In this document: positions 40,404 through 51,600 of the stretch, one piece after another
Position numbering within the stretch: position 1 is the first letter of the stretch
Layout: each line of letters starts with the position of its first letter
Source of the DNA: Verrucomicrobiota bacterium
Lineage (GTDB): Bacteria; Verrucomicrobiota; Verrucomicrobiia; Opitutales; Coraliomargaritaceae
Assembly (NCBI GenBank): GCA_039815375.1
Contig: JBCBZJ010000009.1
Location: 1-64,000 of the forward strand
Direction: 5' to 3'
Length of the DNA: 64,000 nt
The notes under the pieces: model-generated
Seen by the model: the letters and a program-made list of their open reading frames with translations, nothing else
Told to the model about the DNA's origin: nothing
Database searches by the model: none
Translations under genes and position numbers: made by a program

Positions 40404-40910
40404 TGAGCTCACTTTTTTGGCCCACTTATTGTGATAGGTTTCCAAGCGGTGGATTCTTGGTATTTACTTGTGGTTTAGGTTGCGGTGGATCGCCTCTCTG
40501 GCGGAGGGAAGGCGTAGCCCGACCGAGGCCAGAGAGGCAGATAAGTTGCCTGACATACGCTTTTGGAGTGAGCAAGCCCAGAGAGCGATGCGGTCTTTCG
40601 TAGTTATGTAGATGCCGATAATGGCAAAGATGACGTAGGATTCACTGAGCGTGTAGATGAGCTCCCGGTTCAGGCACTCGCGGCGGAACGTATCGTTAAA
40701 GCTTTCCACATATCCGTTCTGCCAGTGACAGCCAGAATTGATGTAGATGCTCTTAATGCCCTTTTCTCTGAGCCATTGCTGGATCGCTAGATCAATAAAC
40801 TCGTGTCCATTGACCGAGCGGATATACTCGGGTGCGCCATGTTCCTCAATCGCTTTGATCGCTCGGTCGGAGTGGATGCAGTGGTATTCTTTGGTAAACC
40901 CATCGATCAT
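40404..40910 (-). mobile_element. Degenerate IS3-family orfB (integrase core) with right end
   Basis: GAPEYIRSVNG.EF (catalytic Asp of SDNG lost), WQNGYVESFN..FRRECLN; IR-like TGAGCTCACTTTTTTGGCCCAC at 40404. Confidence 0.8.
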
Positions 40911-41030
40911 GTTATTGCAATCAGGTCCTATTCAAGTGAATGGCATATTACTCCGTTTCTGCAACGGGCTTGCATTACCTCACCATTTTATCGATTTCTT
41001 TGTTATTACTTAATAAGATTAAGTATCATA

Positions 41031-43748
41031 ATGAAAAGCCGAAGAATAATACTAGTGGGTTGGGATGGTGCAGACTGGAAAGTTGCGCACCCGCTGATGG
41101 ATTCCGGAGAAATGCCGCAACTCAATAATATCGTCGAAAACGGGACGATGGGCAATCTTGCGAGCTTTCCGCCTTACCTTTCGCCGATGCTATGGAATAC
41201 CATTAGTACGGGTAAACACCCGCACAAACATGGGATATGTGGTTTTTCGGAAGTCGATGAAGCCAGCGGCAAGGTGCGCGCAATTTCCAGCCAAACACGC
41301 AAATGCAAGGCGATTTGGAATATCCTCACAGAGCAAGGGCGCAACTGTCACGTTCTCGGTTGGTTTGCCTCGCATCCTGCCGAGGCAATCAATGGAACTT
41401 GTGTCTCCGAAGCGTTCGCCCGGCCTAGCGGAAAAATCGGTGGTGACTGGCCCGTCCCTAAGGCCTCTGTTTATCCATCCGGAGAGGCGGAGGAGTTGGG
41501 TGAACTTCGAGTCGCACCCGAAGCCGTCGACCATGCGCTATTGGATTTTCTAGTGCCCCTTCACCGCGAAATTAAGCCACCCAAAGGGGCACGTGTCGAT
41601 CAGCTCCTTGTTCGCTTGGCCGAGCTTTACACCATTCATAATGCGGCAATAGGCATTCTTCAGTGCAATAAGGATTTCGATTTCCTCGGCGTTTACTACC
41701 ATTTCATTGACTGGATATGCCACGACTTCATGGAGTTCCATCCACCACGGCGCGATCATGTCGATGAAGAGCTTTATAAATGGTTCAATAATGTAGTGGC
41801 GCGCGCTTACCAGCTCCAGGATCTTCTTCTGCGCGATTTACTCAGCCATGCCGGATCTGAAGTTGCTGTGATGGTTGTTTCCGACCATGGCTTTCATAGC
41901 GACCATTTGCGCCCGGTGGTTACCCCCAATGTTGCTGCCGGTATCGCTGCCTGGCACAGGCCCTATGGTATTCTTGCTTCCGCTGGACCTGGTATCCGCC
42001 GCGACGCAGTCGTTCCGGGGGCGAGTTTGGCGGACATTACTCCGAGTATACTGCATTATCTGGGTTTGCCGGTCGGCCGCGATATGGATGGTCGTGTGCT
42101 CACGGAACTTTTCTCCGAACGTTATGAGCCGGACTATATCGATAGCTGGGAAACCCATCCGCCTGCTGGGCCGCTTCCTCCTGCCCTGGAAGAGTCCTGG
42201 GGTGAAGATGATGAAGCTGCTCTGCTAAAGCAATTTGAGGCACTCGGTTATGTCGATGTTGAATCGGTGCGAGGCGCCACGGCTACAGAGCAGACATCCA
42301 GTCAGAACGCCTGGAATCTTGGCGTTGCCCTGCGTTCTGCGCGGCTTGAAGCGGAGGCGCTGCCTTATTTGGAAGAAGCCTATTTCCATGCCCCTGAACA
42401 GGCACATCTGGCGAACCAGCTAGCTCATTGCCAACTCTCTCTAGGACTTCTGGATGCTGCCGAAGAAACGATCCAGACGATTCTCGACTATGGTGATGAT
42501 CGTCCTCGTGCAAATCTGCTGATGGCGAGTGTTGAGCATCAACGTGGTAATCTAAAAGCTGCCTGGGAACGGCTTGAGCGAGCGGAAAGCCTTGAGGAGG
42601 GGCGTGGGCTGCTAATGCTTCGGCGTGGCAGTGTGTTGATTTCCCTGGAAGAATTTCCCCGTGCTTTGTAGGCCTTTGACCGTGCTTTGGAATTCAATCC
42701 CGATGAGCCTCGATCGCATCTTGGCCGTGCTCAAACACTATTGCATCTCAATCGCCTCGATGAAGCCAGCGAAGCTGCCTGGCAGGCCATTGCGCTGGAG
42801 TACGATATGATTCAAGCGTATCTAGTCTTGGCCGTGATCAGCGAGGAACGGAAGGACTGGCCTAAAGCTCGGGAAAGCTATCAGCGGGCGCTGAAGATCG
42901 TTCCGAATGATACCCTGATTTTGCGCCGTCTGGCTGAAATCGCCGCCCATGACACACCCGGATACAAAGAAGATGATTTTATCCGGGAGCAGCACTTTCG
43001 TCATATGCTGCAGCAACAGCAATCAAAGACAGTTGAGCAAATCCAATGGCTGGAAAAAGCATCTGCCCGTCGCTTTGCCACCTGGAAAACTGCGCGGGAT
43101 GCCCGTCGCCATAAAAAAGAGCCGGTCAAGGTGCTTCGACCGAGCCAAGTCTCGGGACCGAGTTCCTCCGGCCGGACTTTTCTGATTGTTTCGGGGCTGC
43201 CCCGTTCGGGCACTTCGCTTATGATGAAGATGCTCCATGCGGGTGGTATCGAGCCCATGACCGACAGCCAGCGTCAAGCCGATGAGCATAATCCCGACGG
43301 CTACTTCGAATGGGAGGCGATCAAGCAACTCGCACAAAATCCCGACATCATTGAGCAGGCTGCAGGCAAGGCCGTTAAGGTAATCTCCCTGCTCCTGCCT
43401 TCGCTTCCTGCTAAACATCATTACAAGGTCATCTTCATGGATCGTCCGATCTCCGAGATTTCTCAGTCGCAGTCTGCAATGCTAGCCGCCGAAGGCCGGG
43501 AGCATCTTTCCATAGATGACACTTTACGGACCCTGACTGAGCATAAATCCATGATTGACCGGGTTATTGACAATTCACCGCAGTTTGAATGCTTGAGAAT
43601 AGATTATCGAGATCTGGTCCTGGGAGATGCTCAAGCTACGGTTTCCAGACTTGCTGCATTCATTGGGGAGGAACGCCTTCCCAATGCAAAAATGATGGCC
43701 TCCGTTGTGAAGCCCGAATTGTACCGAAAACGTCAGGTGGTCGATTAG
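41031..43748 (+). pseudogene. Alkaline-phosphatase/NPP superfamily + TPR + sulfotransferase fusion with in-frame TAG at 42669-42671
   Basis: GWDGADW, LSPMLWNTISTG, SDHGF; TPR array continuous across the stop; SGLPRSGTSLMM PAPS-binding loop. Both ORF halves share one frame. Confidence 0.8.
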
Positions 43749-43954
43749 AAGAGATTGTAAATTTCAATGTAGTTTCAGCTCGGTCAGGCCTAATCACTTT
43801 CGCGCTCTAACTATCAGGTCTTTCGGCAAAACGCTTGGAAAATTTTTAATTCATCGCATTAATTTTACCTTGACTAAAAACGTTAAGAATTCATCTCTGA
43901 AGTAGCTAATTAAATTTGAGTTAAACTAATCAATTTGCTACTTATAAAATTGCT

Positions 43955-44563
43955 ATGAAGAATCGTCTCTTACAATATTCGGCAGCTTCTGCTACAGGAG
44001 TTCTCGCTTCAACCAGTGCCTGGGGCAACATTCAATACAGTGGTCTCATTAATCTTTCGCTGAATTTCCAGGACGGAGATGAACTCTACATTGACATAGA
44101 TGGCATGTCTACTGTTGTTCAAGCTTCCGCACCTGCTGGTGCGGATTTTCGCTTGCAGGATTACGGTGGCGATGAATTCGATCTATATCGTCAGTCATCC
44201 CCCGGAGGCACCGTTAGAAGTACAGGATTCAGCATTCGCGATTTTAGCTCTGGTGAGACAATCGGTGTTGCCAATACATTCTCAGCTGGAGGGACCTTCT
44301 ACAACGGTGGCACCTTTGATAACAGTCTCGGCCAATATGCTGGGGTTGCTTTTGATTCCGGTTCTGGTATTCGTTATGGTTGGTTGCAACTCCAGTTCGA
44401 CCAAGTTGCGAATACCATCAACCTAGTTGACTTCGCCTATGATGACAGCGGTGCAGACATTGCGGCTGGAGCAGTTCCTGAGCCTGCTCATGCTCCGGTC
44501 ATTGCGGCTTTATTAGCCGGAAGTGCTGCTGCCTGCATGCGTCGCCAGCAAAAGAAGGCATAA
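43955..44563 (+). CDS. Small PEP-CTERM surface protein
   Basis: Signal peptide; YGWLQL..LVDFAYDDSG...AVPEP, hydrophobic helix, RRQQKK. Confidence 0.88.
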   Translation: MKNRLLQYSAASATGVLASTSAWGNIQYSGLINLSLNFQDGDELYIDIDGMSTVVQASAPAGADFRLQDYGGDEFDLYRQSSPGGTVRSTGFSIRDFSSGETIGVANTFSAGGTFYNGGTFDNSLGQYAGVAFDSGSGIRYGWLQLQFDQVANTINLVDFAYDDSGADIAAGAVPEPAHAPVIAALLAGSAAACMRRQQKKA

Positions 44564-44594
44564 TTCTCACTAAGAAGAAGATCTTTTTAATCAT

Positions 44595-44629
44595 AGCCTT
44601 GGGTTTTTGTTATTGCCCAAGGCTTTTTT
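44595..44629 (+). terminator. Rho-independent terminator
   Basis: AGCCTTGGG/CCCAAGGCT 9-bp stem followed by a T-run, about 30 nt after the stop. Confidence 0.8.
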
Positions 44630-44647
44630 GTGCACGGATATTTTCTC

Positions 44648-44917
44648 ATGAAGCAAAACGATTTTGTGATACGTGCTCCATGGCCCGATGAATTGCCTCG
44701 CCTGAAGTCCTTTATGGGAGGGTTTCAGCTAAAGGAGGAATCAATTATTCGCATTGCACTGGCTGGCTCCTGGGAGCGAGTCATCGGTGTGGCCATCCGA
44801 GAGGAAAGTGATCGTGCTTCAAGTCAAATTTGGTTGAAGCTTCGCCCTAGATACATGGGAAGCACGATTGAACAGCAGCTACGTGAAAGCGTCTCTGCGG
44901 TCAAAGCAACCGACTGA
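44648..44917 (+). CDS. Small hypothetical protein, possibly a truncated GNAT fold
   Basis: FVIRAPWPDELP start and LRPRYMGSTIEQQL resemble GNAT beta1 and a degenerate motif A. Confidence 0.4.
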   Translation: MKQNDFVIRAPWPDELPRLKSFMGGFQLKEESIIRIALAGSWERVIGVAIREESDRASSQIWLKLRPRYMGSTIEQQLRESVSAVKATD

Positions 44918-44923
44918 TTGCCG

Positions 44924-45454
44924 TTAAGCAGTCACAAATGTTTTTTTGGTGGTCATCCCTTCTCCATGCCACTCAAGATAAAGGTGCGTTTCCCGATCTT
45001 CCAGTAAGTAGAACCCCTGTCGCAAATAAAGACGGACCGCATTGCTGAATTTTTCCACGTGTAAACGCAAAGGCCGTTTGCCTTGAACACTGAAAGACTT
45101 GAGGGTTTCTATGGCAGCGGTTCCGATTCCTCTTCCCCGACATTCAGGCAATAGAGAGATATCGGCCAGACGAATTTCGTCGCGGTTGTGAAACCATAAC
45201 ATTCGACCTACAGATTGATCATCCAGCTCAATAATCACATCCGATTTTTCTTCATCCAACTGTCGGTAATGCTCGCTATGCGCATGAAACTGTTGATCAA
45301 CGATTTTTTGCGCTTCACCTGCATCCCAATGCCAGAGGCGCAAGCGCTCGCTGACCGTTAATGCAAACAAATGAGTCAGAAAGGGCTGATCATCATCATC
45401 TCGAGGTCGAAGTTTTAAAACCGCATTCACCGGGGTATTTTGGAGTAGATGCAA
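44924..45454 (-). CDS. GNAT family N-acetyltransferase
   Basis: DISLLPECRGRGIGT acetyl-CoA motif; LRLHVEK..NAVRLY.RQGF. Confidence 0.9.
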   Translation of the reverse strand: MHLLQNTPVNAVLKLRPRDDDDQPFLTHLFALTVSERLRLWHWDAGEAQKIVDQQFHAHSEHYRQLDEEKSDVIIELDDQSVGRMLWFHNRDEIRLADISLLPECRGRGIGTAAIETLKSFSVQGKRPLRLHVEKFSNAVRLYLRQGFYLLEDRETHLYLEWHGEGMTTKKTFVTA

Positions 45455-45536
45455 TCAGGCATAAAGACAGAATGCAGGTCTATGAACTAAACACCTTGCC
45501 TCTATTCCCGAAAAAATGGTTCGGGCCAATGAAGTA

Positions 45537-46133
45537 TTACGAACGTGGCGGGAAGATTCCCTGTAGGGAAATCACATAGTTCATTGCCTGGAAAGGTGGT
45601 AAGATGGAAAAAGGTACGCTGCCTCCCCTGTTATCCACTGTCACAGTGCCCGAAACACTTAAGTCCACGCCACCCAGACCAGCTGTAGGGGCGCTGGTAG
45701 AATACAATTTCACACGTTGATCGCTGGAGTCGCGACCTGAAGCGAGGTAATTGCCATTGGGTGAGCGGTTATCGGCGGCGTCATCCACAACCATCACAGA
45801 TACTCCGGAGGATGGATTAAGGTAAAATTCAGCGTCATGATGGTGTGAAGGCATATGAGCGATATCAAGCGTTACATCTTCGCGTCCGCCAACTTCACCA
45901 ATAATCGTACGCTGATAAACAGGGCTGCTTGGATTGTAACCCATGAAGGAACGGCCTCGGCAGTCGGGTAGTCCGAAGGTGCTACGGCCATCGCCGCCAT
46001 ACATCGTCCCGAGTAGCGAGAACAGAGCCTGGTTCTGGTTGACGGCCATGACTTGGCCTTGGCACATGGCCCAGTCGCGCGGAGCAAAATTGCATCCCAT
46101 TATAGTGATTTGAGAAATGAATGGTTCTGGCAT
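45537..46133 (-). CDS. Phage tail-collar domain protein (microcystin-dependent protein-like)
   Basis: NFAPRDWAMCQGQ, NQALFSLLGTMYGGDGRSTFGLPD.RGR, MPSHHH, C-terminal ISLQGIFPPRS. Confidence 0.92.
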   Translation of the reverse strand: MPEPFISQITIMGCNFAPRDWAMCQGQVMAVNQNQALFSLLGTMYGGDGRSTFGLPDCRGRSFMGYNPSSPVYQRTIIGEVGGREDVTLDIAHMPSHHHDAEFYLNPSSGVSVMVVDDAADNRSPNGNYLASGRDSSDQRVKLYSTSAPTAGLGGVDLSVSGTVTVDNRGGSVPFSILPPFQAMNYVISLQGIFPPRS

Positions 46134-46175
46134 GGTAAGTAGTAACGTTTTGAGATTTAGAGAATGTGGAAATTA

Positions 46176-46772
46176 CTATGAACGAGGGGGATAAACACCA
46201 TCAAGTGCGATGACATAATTCATCGACTGGAAAGGAGCCAGGCACTGAAAACTTTGGCTGCCGCCGTTTGCTTGTGTACTAACAGAAGCTTCTATACTGA
46301 GATCCACCCCACCAAGCGTAGCGTTCGGGGTAGCCGATGAGTAGGCTTTAACACGTTGATCACTGCTGTCACGAGCTGAAGCCAGAACATTGCCATTCGG
46401 AGAGAGATCACCTGCCGCGTCATCATATGTGTTGATCCGGGCATAACTCGCTGGATCTTTAGTAAAGCTGGCTGTGTGTTTATGTACGGGTAAGTGGAGT
46501 TGGTTTAATTGAACATTTTCATAGCCTCCGATCTCACCGATAATGGTGCGTTCGTAGGGAGCAAAATTAGGATTGTAGCCGGTGAAGACTCGCCCTTTGC
46601 CATCCGGCAGCCCGAAGGTAGAGCGGCCATCACCGCCATACATGGTGCCAACTAGAGAGAAGAGTGCTGTATTTTGGGTAATTGGCAAGAGCTGGCCCTG
46701 ACAGGTCGACCAAGTTCTGGGTGCATAATTGCATCCCATAATGATGATTTCGGAGATGAATGGGTCTGCCAT
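46176..46772 (-). CDS. Phage tail-collar domain protein (paralog)
   Basis: NTALFSLVGTMYGGDGRSTFGLPD.KGR, LPVHKH, IALDGVYPPRS. Confidence 0.92.
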   Translation of the reverse strand: MADPFISEIIIMGCNYAPRTWSTCQGQLLPITQNTALFSLVGTMYGGDGRSTFGLPDGKGRVFTGYNPNFAPYERTIIGEIGGYENVQLNQLHLPVHKHTASFTKDPASYARINTYDDAAGDLSPNGNVLASARDSSDQRVKAYSSATPNATLGGVDLSIEASVSTQANGGSQSFQCLAPFQSMNYVIALDGVYPPRS

Positions 46773-46824
46773 AATTAGCGTATCGGTTTTGAGTTAAGGG
46801 GAACGTATTCTAAAATTTTTTGAA

Positions 46825-47139
46825 TCAACCAAAGCAGGCCTGATAAACAGTGCCATCTTCATTCTGCTCAAGCGGCTCCATGAAAACGTATCGCTCTTCC
46901 ATGTGCTCGTTACTTAAGGCAAATGAGCCGGTCCAGGATGGATGGTCTTTGTTCTTATCCAGAAAAAACAAACTGAAAGGCTGTTTACGTATTTCTTTGT
47001 AATTGAAGTCGCGCTCTGTGTGCGGCTTAACTTCGCGTAATTCTAGCTCAACTGTATCTCCGTCTACCTGAGCCTTGAAGATAGTTCCTTCAAGCCCTTC
47101 GAAGTTATTAAGATTTAGCTCCTGATCCGTAGTAATCAT
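46825..47139 (-). CDS. DUF6916-like small protein
   Basis: F...GTIF, LELREV, PFSLFF, VFMEP, YQACF pattern; position before tail-collar genes. Confidence 0.7.
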   Translation of the reverse strand: MITTDQELNLNNFEGLEGTIFKAQVDGDTVELELREVKPHTERDFNYKEIRKQPFSLFFLDKNKDHPSWTGSFALSNEHMEERYVFMEPLEQNEDGTVYQACFG

Positions 47140-47581
47140 GCTTTTCGAAGATTAGTTAATTTACAATTATCTGATTAGTTAAGTATGAATTATTTAGTCA
47201 ACGTAATTTATGTAGAAATTACAAAAAAATCACTAGATATATCGAAAAACATACATCCTGTTCTAAGCCGCCCGTAGATCCGGCTTGAGAGTGTTTTTAT
47301 CACTAAGCACGATGAAGATCCGAAAAATCTCCTAGCCTTGTTATCACGGTCGTAATGCTCGGTTTCTATTTCGAAGAACTATTCCGGGCCAACCATACGG
47401 GAAATTATGATATTTTCAGGAAAATAGGATTGGTTCGGTTATTCCTCGAGGCTGATGGTGGGGAATTAGCTGCGAGCTTACCAGGAGTTCTTCCCTTCAA
47501 AGGAGGCTGGCGCTGTCTTAGCGCAGTCACGATCCACAATTGTTTGTGGTCTCGGATGGATTTAGCGATTACATGCAATAC

Positions 47582-48397
47582 TCATTTATCGCAGTAGTCT
47601 GCCGTGCTGACGATACGTTCAATGACCAGCTTTGAGTCCGCTTTGATAATATATTCGCTCATACCCACGTGGTAGGGCGGGTTGCCCCAGTCATAGGTGT
47701 AGCCGAGTTGCGTCCATGGCCAGCCGGGGCTATCCGTATCTCCGCAGATGTAATACTGGTGAGCGCGTGTTGTGTTCATCCATTTACGGTGCTCGGGTGT
47801 TACGTCGCCGGGGAAATCGAGCTCAGCTTGGGAATCGTCTACTTCGGCGTCAGGACTCGGGCGGAATAGATCTGCGGGTCGGACCCATAACTCGACAAAG
47901 TAACTTTTGTCATCGTTTGGAGGCAGACCGATGAGTTGACGCAGTCGCATATCCAAATCGTCCCCGCCAAATCCCGGCTTAGAGCAGAGGTCCTGTAGGT
48001 AAGGACAGGGAGATACCCATATCAGGTGCGTGCCATTGTTATAAAAGCCATCTGGGCCGTTCTGGTAGTATTGAACGTCCGAGGCCGATATCCAGGTCTC
48101 GACAAGCACGTAGTCCTGTCCGCTGAATGTTTTCCAGAGCAGGTCCTCGTTTGTTTTGCTAATGGAATTGAGCGTGTCGACGATTTCTTTCGGAGTGGGG
48201 TTGGACGCATCATCCAAGGCATCTGCGTAGGCTTGGTCGATATTCGCGAGAACGCTTTCGGGAGCAACACTGGGTATTGGATAGGTTGCGCTCTTGCTTG
48301 CAACAGGGCTTGCCGGAGCTTTGGCCTTTCCGGTTGTGTAGCATCCGCTGATCAGAGAGGCCGTAGTAAAGAGGACGATTGGCAGTGACTTTTTCAT
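47582..48397 (-). CDS. Hypothetical lipoprotein
   Basis: Lipobox LISGC; RLRQLIGLPP, DLFRP, PWTQLGYTYDWG blocks. Confidence 0.75.
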   Translation of the reverse strand: MKKSLPIVLFTTASLISGCYTTGKAKAPASPVASKSATYPIPSVAPESVLANIDQAYADALDDASNPTPKEIVDTLNSISKTNEDLLWKTFSGQDYVLVETWISASDVQYYQNGPDGFYNNGTHLIWVSPCPYLQDLCSKPGFGGDDLDMRLRQLIGLPPNDDKSYFVELWVRPADLFRPSPDAEVDDSQAELDFPGDVTPEHRKWMNTTRAHQYYICGDTDSPGWPWTQLGYTYDWGNPPYHVGMSEYIIKADSKLVIERIVSTADYCDK

Positions 48398-48691
48398 GAG
48401 TGATGATTTAATCGAAGATGTGGTTACTGGTTATTCTCCAATACAAAGTTGACGAAATCGATTTGGATATCGATTTGCTACGCCATCTTCATTTTATTAC
48501 GTCCGCTTCGCTGATTTCGATTTCGTGACAGGTGAGAAGTAAAGCAACGCTTTTATAAATTTGTTAAATATGCTCTAACGGTATGGATCAATGGGTCGCT
48601 GCCGGTGTGTAGAGATGATTTAGTGATTTTCAGGATAAAAGAATTTCTGAAAGCCGTGCGCTTTTGTAGAGGCAAGTCTGGGTCAATCGAA

Positions 48692-51600
48692 TTAAGTGAC
48701 CATTGCTCTCATATTTTCGATTTCCTGGTTGCGCAGAGCGGTTGCTAGGTCGGTCACATGTGGGGCGGTCATCATGGAGAGGTGCGTGCCGGGAACTTCG
48801 ATAACGTTGACGGTAGCCGGGCTATAGTCCTGCCAATTTAGTTTGTGGTTTTGGCTTGAGCTCATTTCGCCCAGATCGACATCACTCTCTTGCGCTTTAT
48901 AGAGTGTGATTGGCAAATCTACCGATAAGGCGTCAGGCTGATATTGTAAGGTTGCCATCGCGTTATCTCTGTAAACTTGGACGTATTTCCCGAGTGCTCT
49001 GGCGTTGATATGATCCGAGAGAACTTTGTGGCTGAGCAGGCGATTATGCAGTAAAGTGATCTGTTGGTCGTGGTTGAGTTTACGAAGGCCTTCGATGCTT
49101 AGCTGCAAGTCGATGTGATACAACTTCTGCATCCGTGTGACGATATGTATGAGCCAGGTGGCGGTGTCCCAACTTTCGTATGGGCGCTCGTGCATAGCGG
49201 ATGGGGCGGGGTTATCGAGAATACCTAATTGCTTGATATTTCCCGCAGCTTCCGTGCCCAGCTGGCGCACCATCTCATAGGCGACGAGGCCTCCATAGGA
49301 ATGGCCGATCAGGGTGTAGGGTTGGCGGGCAAAGGGAGCTTGCTTCAGTTCATCGAGGTAGAAGGCAGCAGTCGCCTCGATGCCGGATTCTTCAGGTTTT
49401 CGTTCGGATAGCCCGACACCCTGCAATCCCCAGAGGGTGTAGTCGGGCTGTAGCAAGCGTGCGAGTTCATTGTAGTAGAGGATACTGCCCCCTGCGCCCG
49501 GAATGCAGACAATGGGCTCGCCCTCTGTGTTCGGAAGCAGGGGAGTCAGGATGGACTCGATCGAGTCTTCTGCAGTGCTAATCCACTTGGCTTGCTGCGA
49601 TATGGTCGTGTTTGAGAGCACTTCCTGCAAGCTGAGTTGTGCTTCCAGACGTTCTTCGATGGTTGCGAGCAGTTTCACTGCAAGGAGTGAGTGACCTCCG
49701 GTCTCGAAGAAGTTATCATGAATGCCGACGGTATCGACTTCGAGAGTTTCTTTCCAAATGTCCTGTAGAGTTCGCTCTAAGTCTGTCTGCGCTTCTGCGA
49801 AGCCTGTCTCGGTTCCGTTGGAAAGATTATCAAGCAGTTGTTTGATATCGGCTTTGCCATTGGGGTTAAGCGGTATCCGTTTTACTGGATGGATGAGTCC
49901 TGGGACCATTTGTTCCGGGAGTTGTTTTCCGGCCCAATCACCAAGCAATTTTGGTAGTTCTTGCAGGTTCTGGTCTGCTTTGGGAACGACGAAAGCGACT
50001 AATTGTGCATAGTCAGTTCCAGCTCGTTTGACGGTAGCAACTGACTGCTTTATCCAGCCGGACTCCTGGAGTGCGGTTTCGACTTGAAGCGGCTCGATGC
50101 GAAAGCCTCGTAGCTGAATTTGCCGATCGCTGCGACCAAGCAATTCAAGTGTTCCATTGGGTTGCTGGCGTGCGAGGTCTCCGGTCTTGTAGGCTCGCGG
50201 GCCGTTGCTGCCCGGCAATTGGACAAATGCTCGCTGGTTTGCTTTAGAATCCCCATGATAACCTGAACTTAAGCAATCGCCTGCGATGTAGACTTCTCCG
50301 GTTTCGCCTTTAGATACAGCCTGTAAATCTGTGTCCAAAATATAGATACCGGTGTTGGCAATGCATTGGCTGAGAGGAAGCGTCGCCGGGAGGGCGCCGT
50401 TGTCGTCGAAAGCTTGCAGTGGATGACTGAGAACCCCGATCGTAGCCTCAGTCGGTCCATAGTGATTGTAGATTTGGCAATGTGGTGCGAGTTTTCGTAT
50501 CTCTCGAATCCACCCGTAGTCGGCTCCTTCGCCGCCAAGGATAAGGCTTTTGCGAGGGAAGAGTTCGGTGCTGGTCTGGGTTTGCAGCAGGGTTTTCCAA
50601 TGGGAGGGGACGATCTTTAGATAATCGACTGCATTATCCTGCATGAAAATGGCAAATCTACGCGCATTGAGGCGGTCCGGTTCAGGCATGACATATAAAG
50701 TGCCACCGCTGACGAGAGAGAGGAAAAGCATGGTGTTGCCGAGATCTGCCGCGAGTGTTGAAACGAGGGCAAAGCGTGCACGCTCCTCTATGCTGAGGTC
50801 GGGCATCATGCTCAGGATATAGTTGGCGACGGACCGGTGGGAGATCGGGACTGCCTTGGGCCGTCCGGTTGAGCCGGAGGTGAAGATAATGTAAGCGGTG
50901 TCTTCTAAACGAACAGCGACAGGAGTGTCAGTAGCTTTTGGCCGGGAGAGCAGGTCATCGACTGTAAACCTAACAGCGGTTATCTCCAGGCTGGTTAGTG
51001 ACTTGGGTGCTTCCGAATCCACGAGCACGGCTAATGCCCCTGCGGTTTGAACCATATATTGCAGAAGGTCTGCGGGGTATTGCGATGGGTCCAGAGGGAG
51101 ATAGGTCGCACCGATTTTGAGGACTGCTATAATACTACAGAGCGCTGCGTCGCTCGACTGGTTGCCGATGGCAATCACATCGCCAGTTTGGAATCCCCGT
51201 TGCGATAGGTTTTGGGCAAGTTCATTCGCGGCTTGATCGAGTTTCGCGTAGCTGAGCGTCTTGATGCCGTTCGAGTAGGCGGGGCTGTTTGGGTGTTCCA
51301 CGACTTGTTGCTCAAAGAGTCTGGTCAGGCATTGGTCCGCCGCGATTTCTATGGTTGGGCCTTGCAGGCAAGGTTCCGGTGTAACGATCTCCGGTGGCGC
51401 GGTCCGTTGCCAGTTATTCAAGTCTGAAAATCGTGTTTGCGGATCGTTTGCAAAAGTCCTGAGCAGCATTTGATAGTCCTCTGCGAAGTGGCGAATGGTG
51501 GACTCTTCAAACAGATGACAGTTGTAGCCGAAGGTTGCCTGCAATTGGCCGTTATCTTCTAGCAGTGTCAGCGTTAGGTCGAATTTCCCATCGGCCTGCC

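Noticed and set aside
40803..41030. Upstream extension of the phosphodiesterase ORF
   Set aside because: Overlaps the antisense IS3 relic; the domain begins at ATG 41031.
42669..42671. Pyrrolysine or stop-codon reassignment
   Set aside because: TAG terminates several normal genes here (e.g. gpmI, rsfS) and no pyl genes are visible.
45537..46772. Prophage or tailocin
   Set aside because: No other structural, lysis or integrase genes in the window.
47355..47597. 80-aa plus-strand ORF
   Set aside because: No motifs; overlaps the lipoprotein stop.
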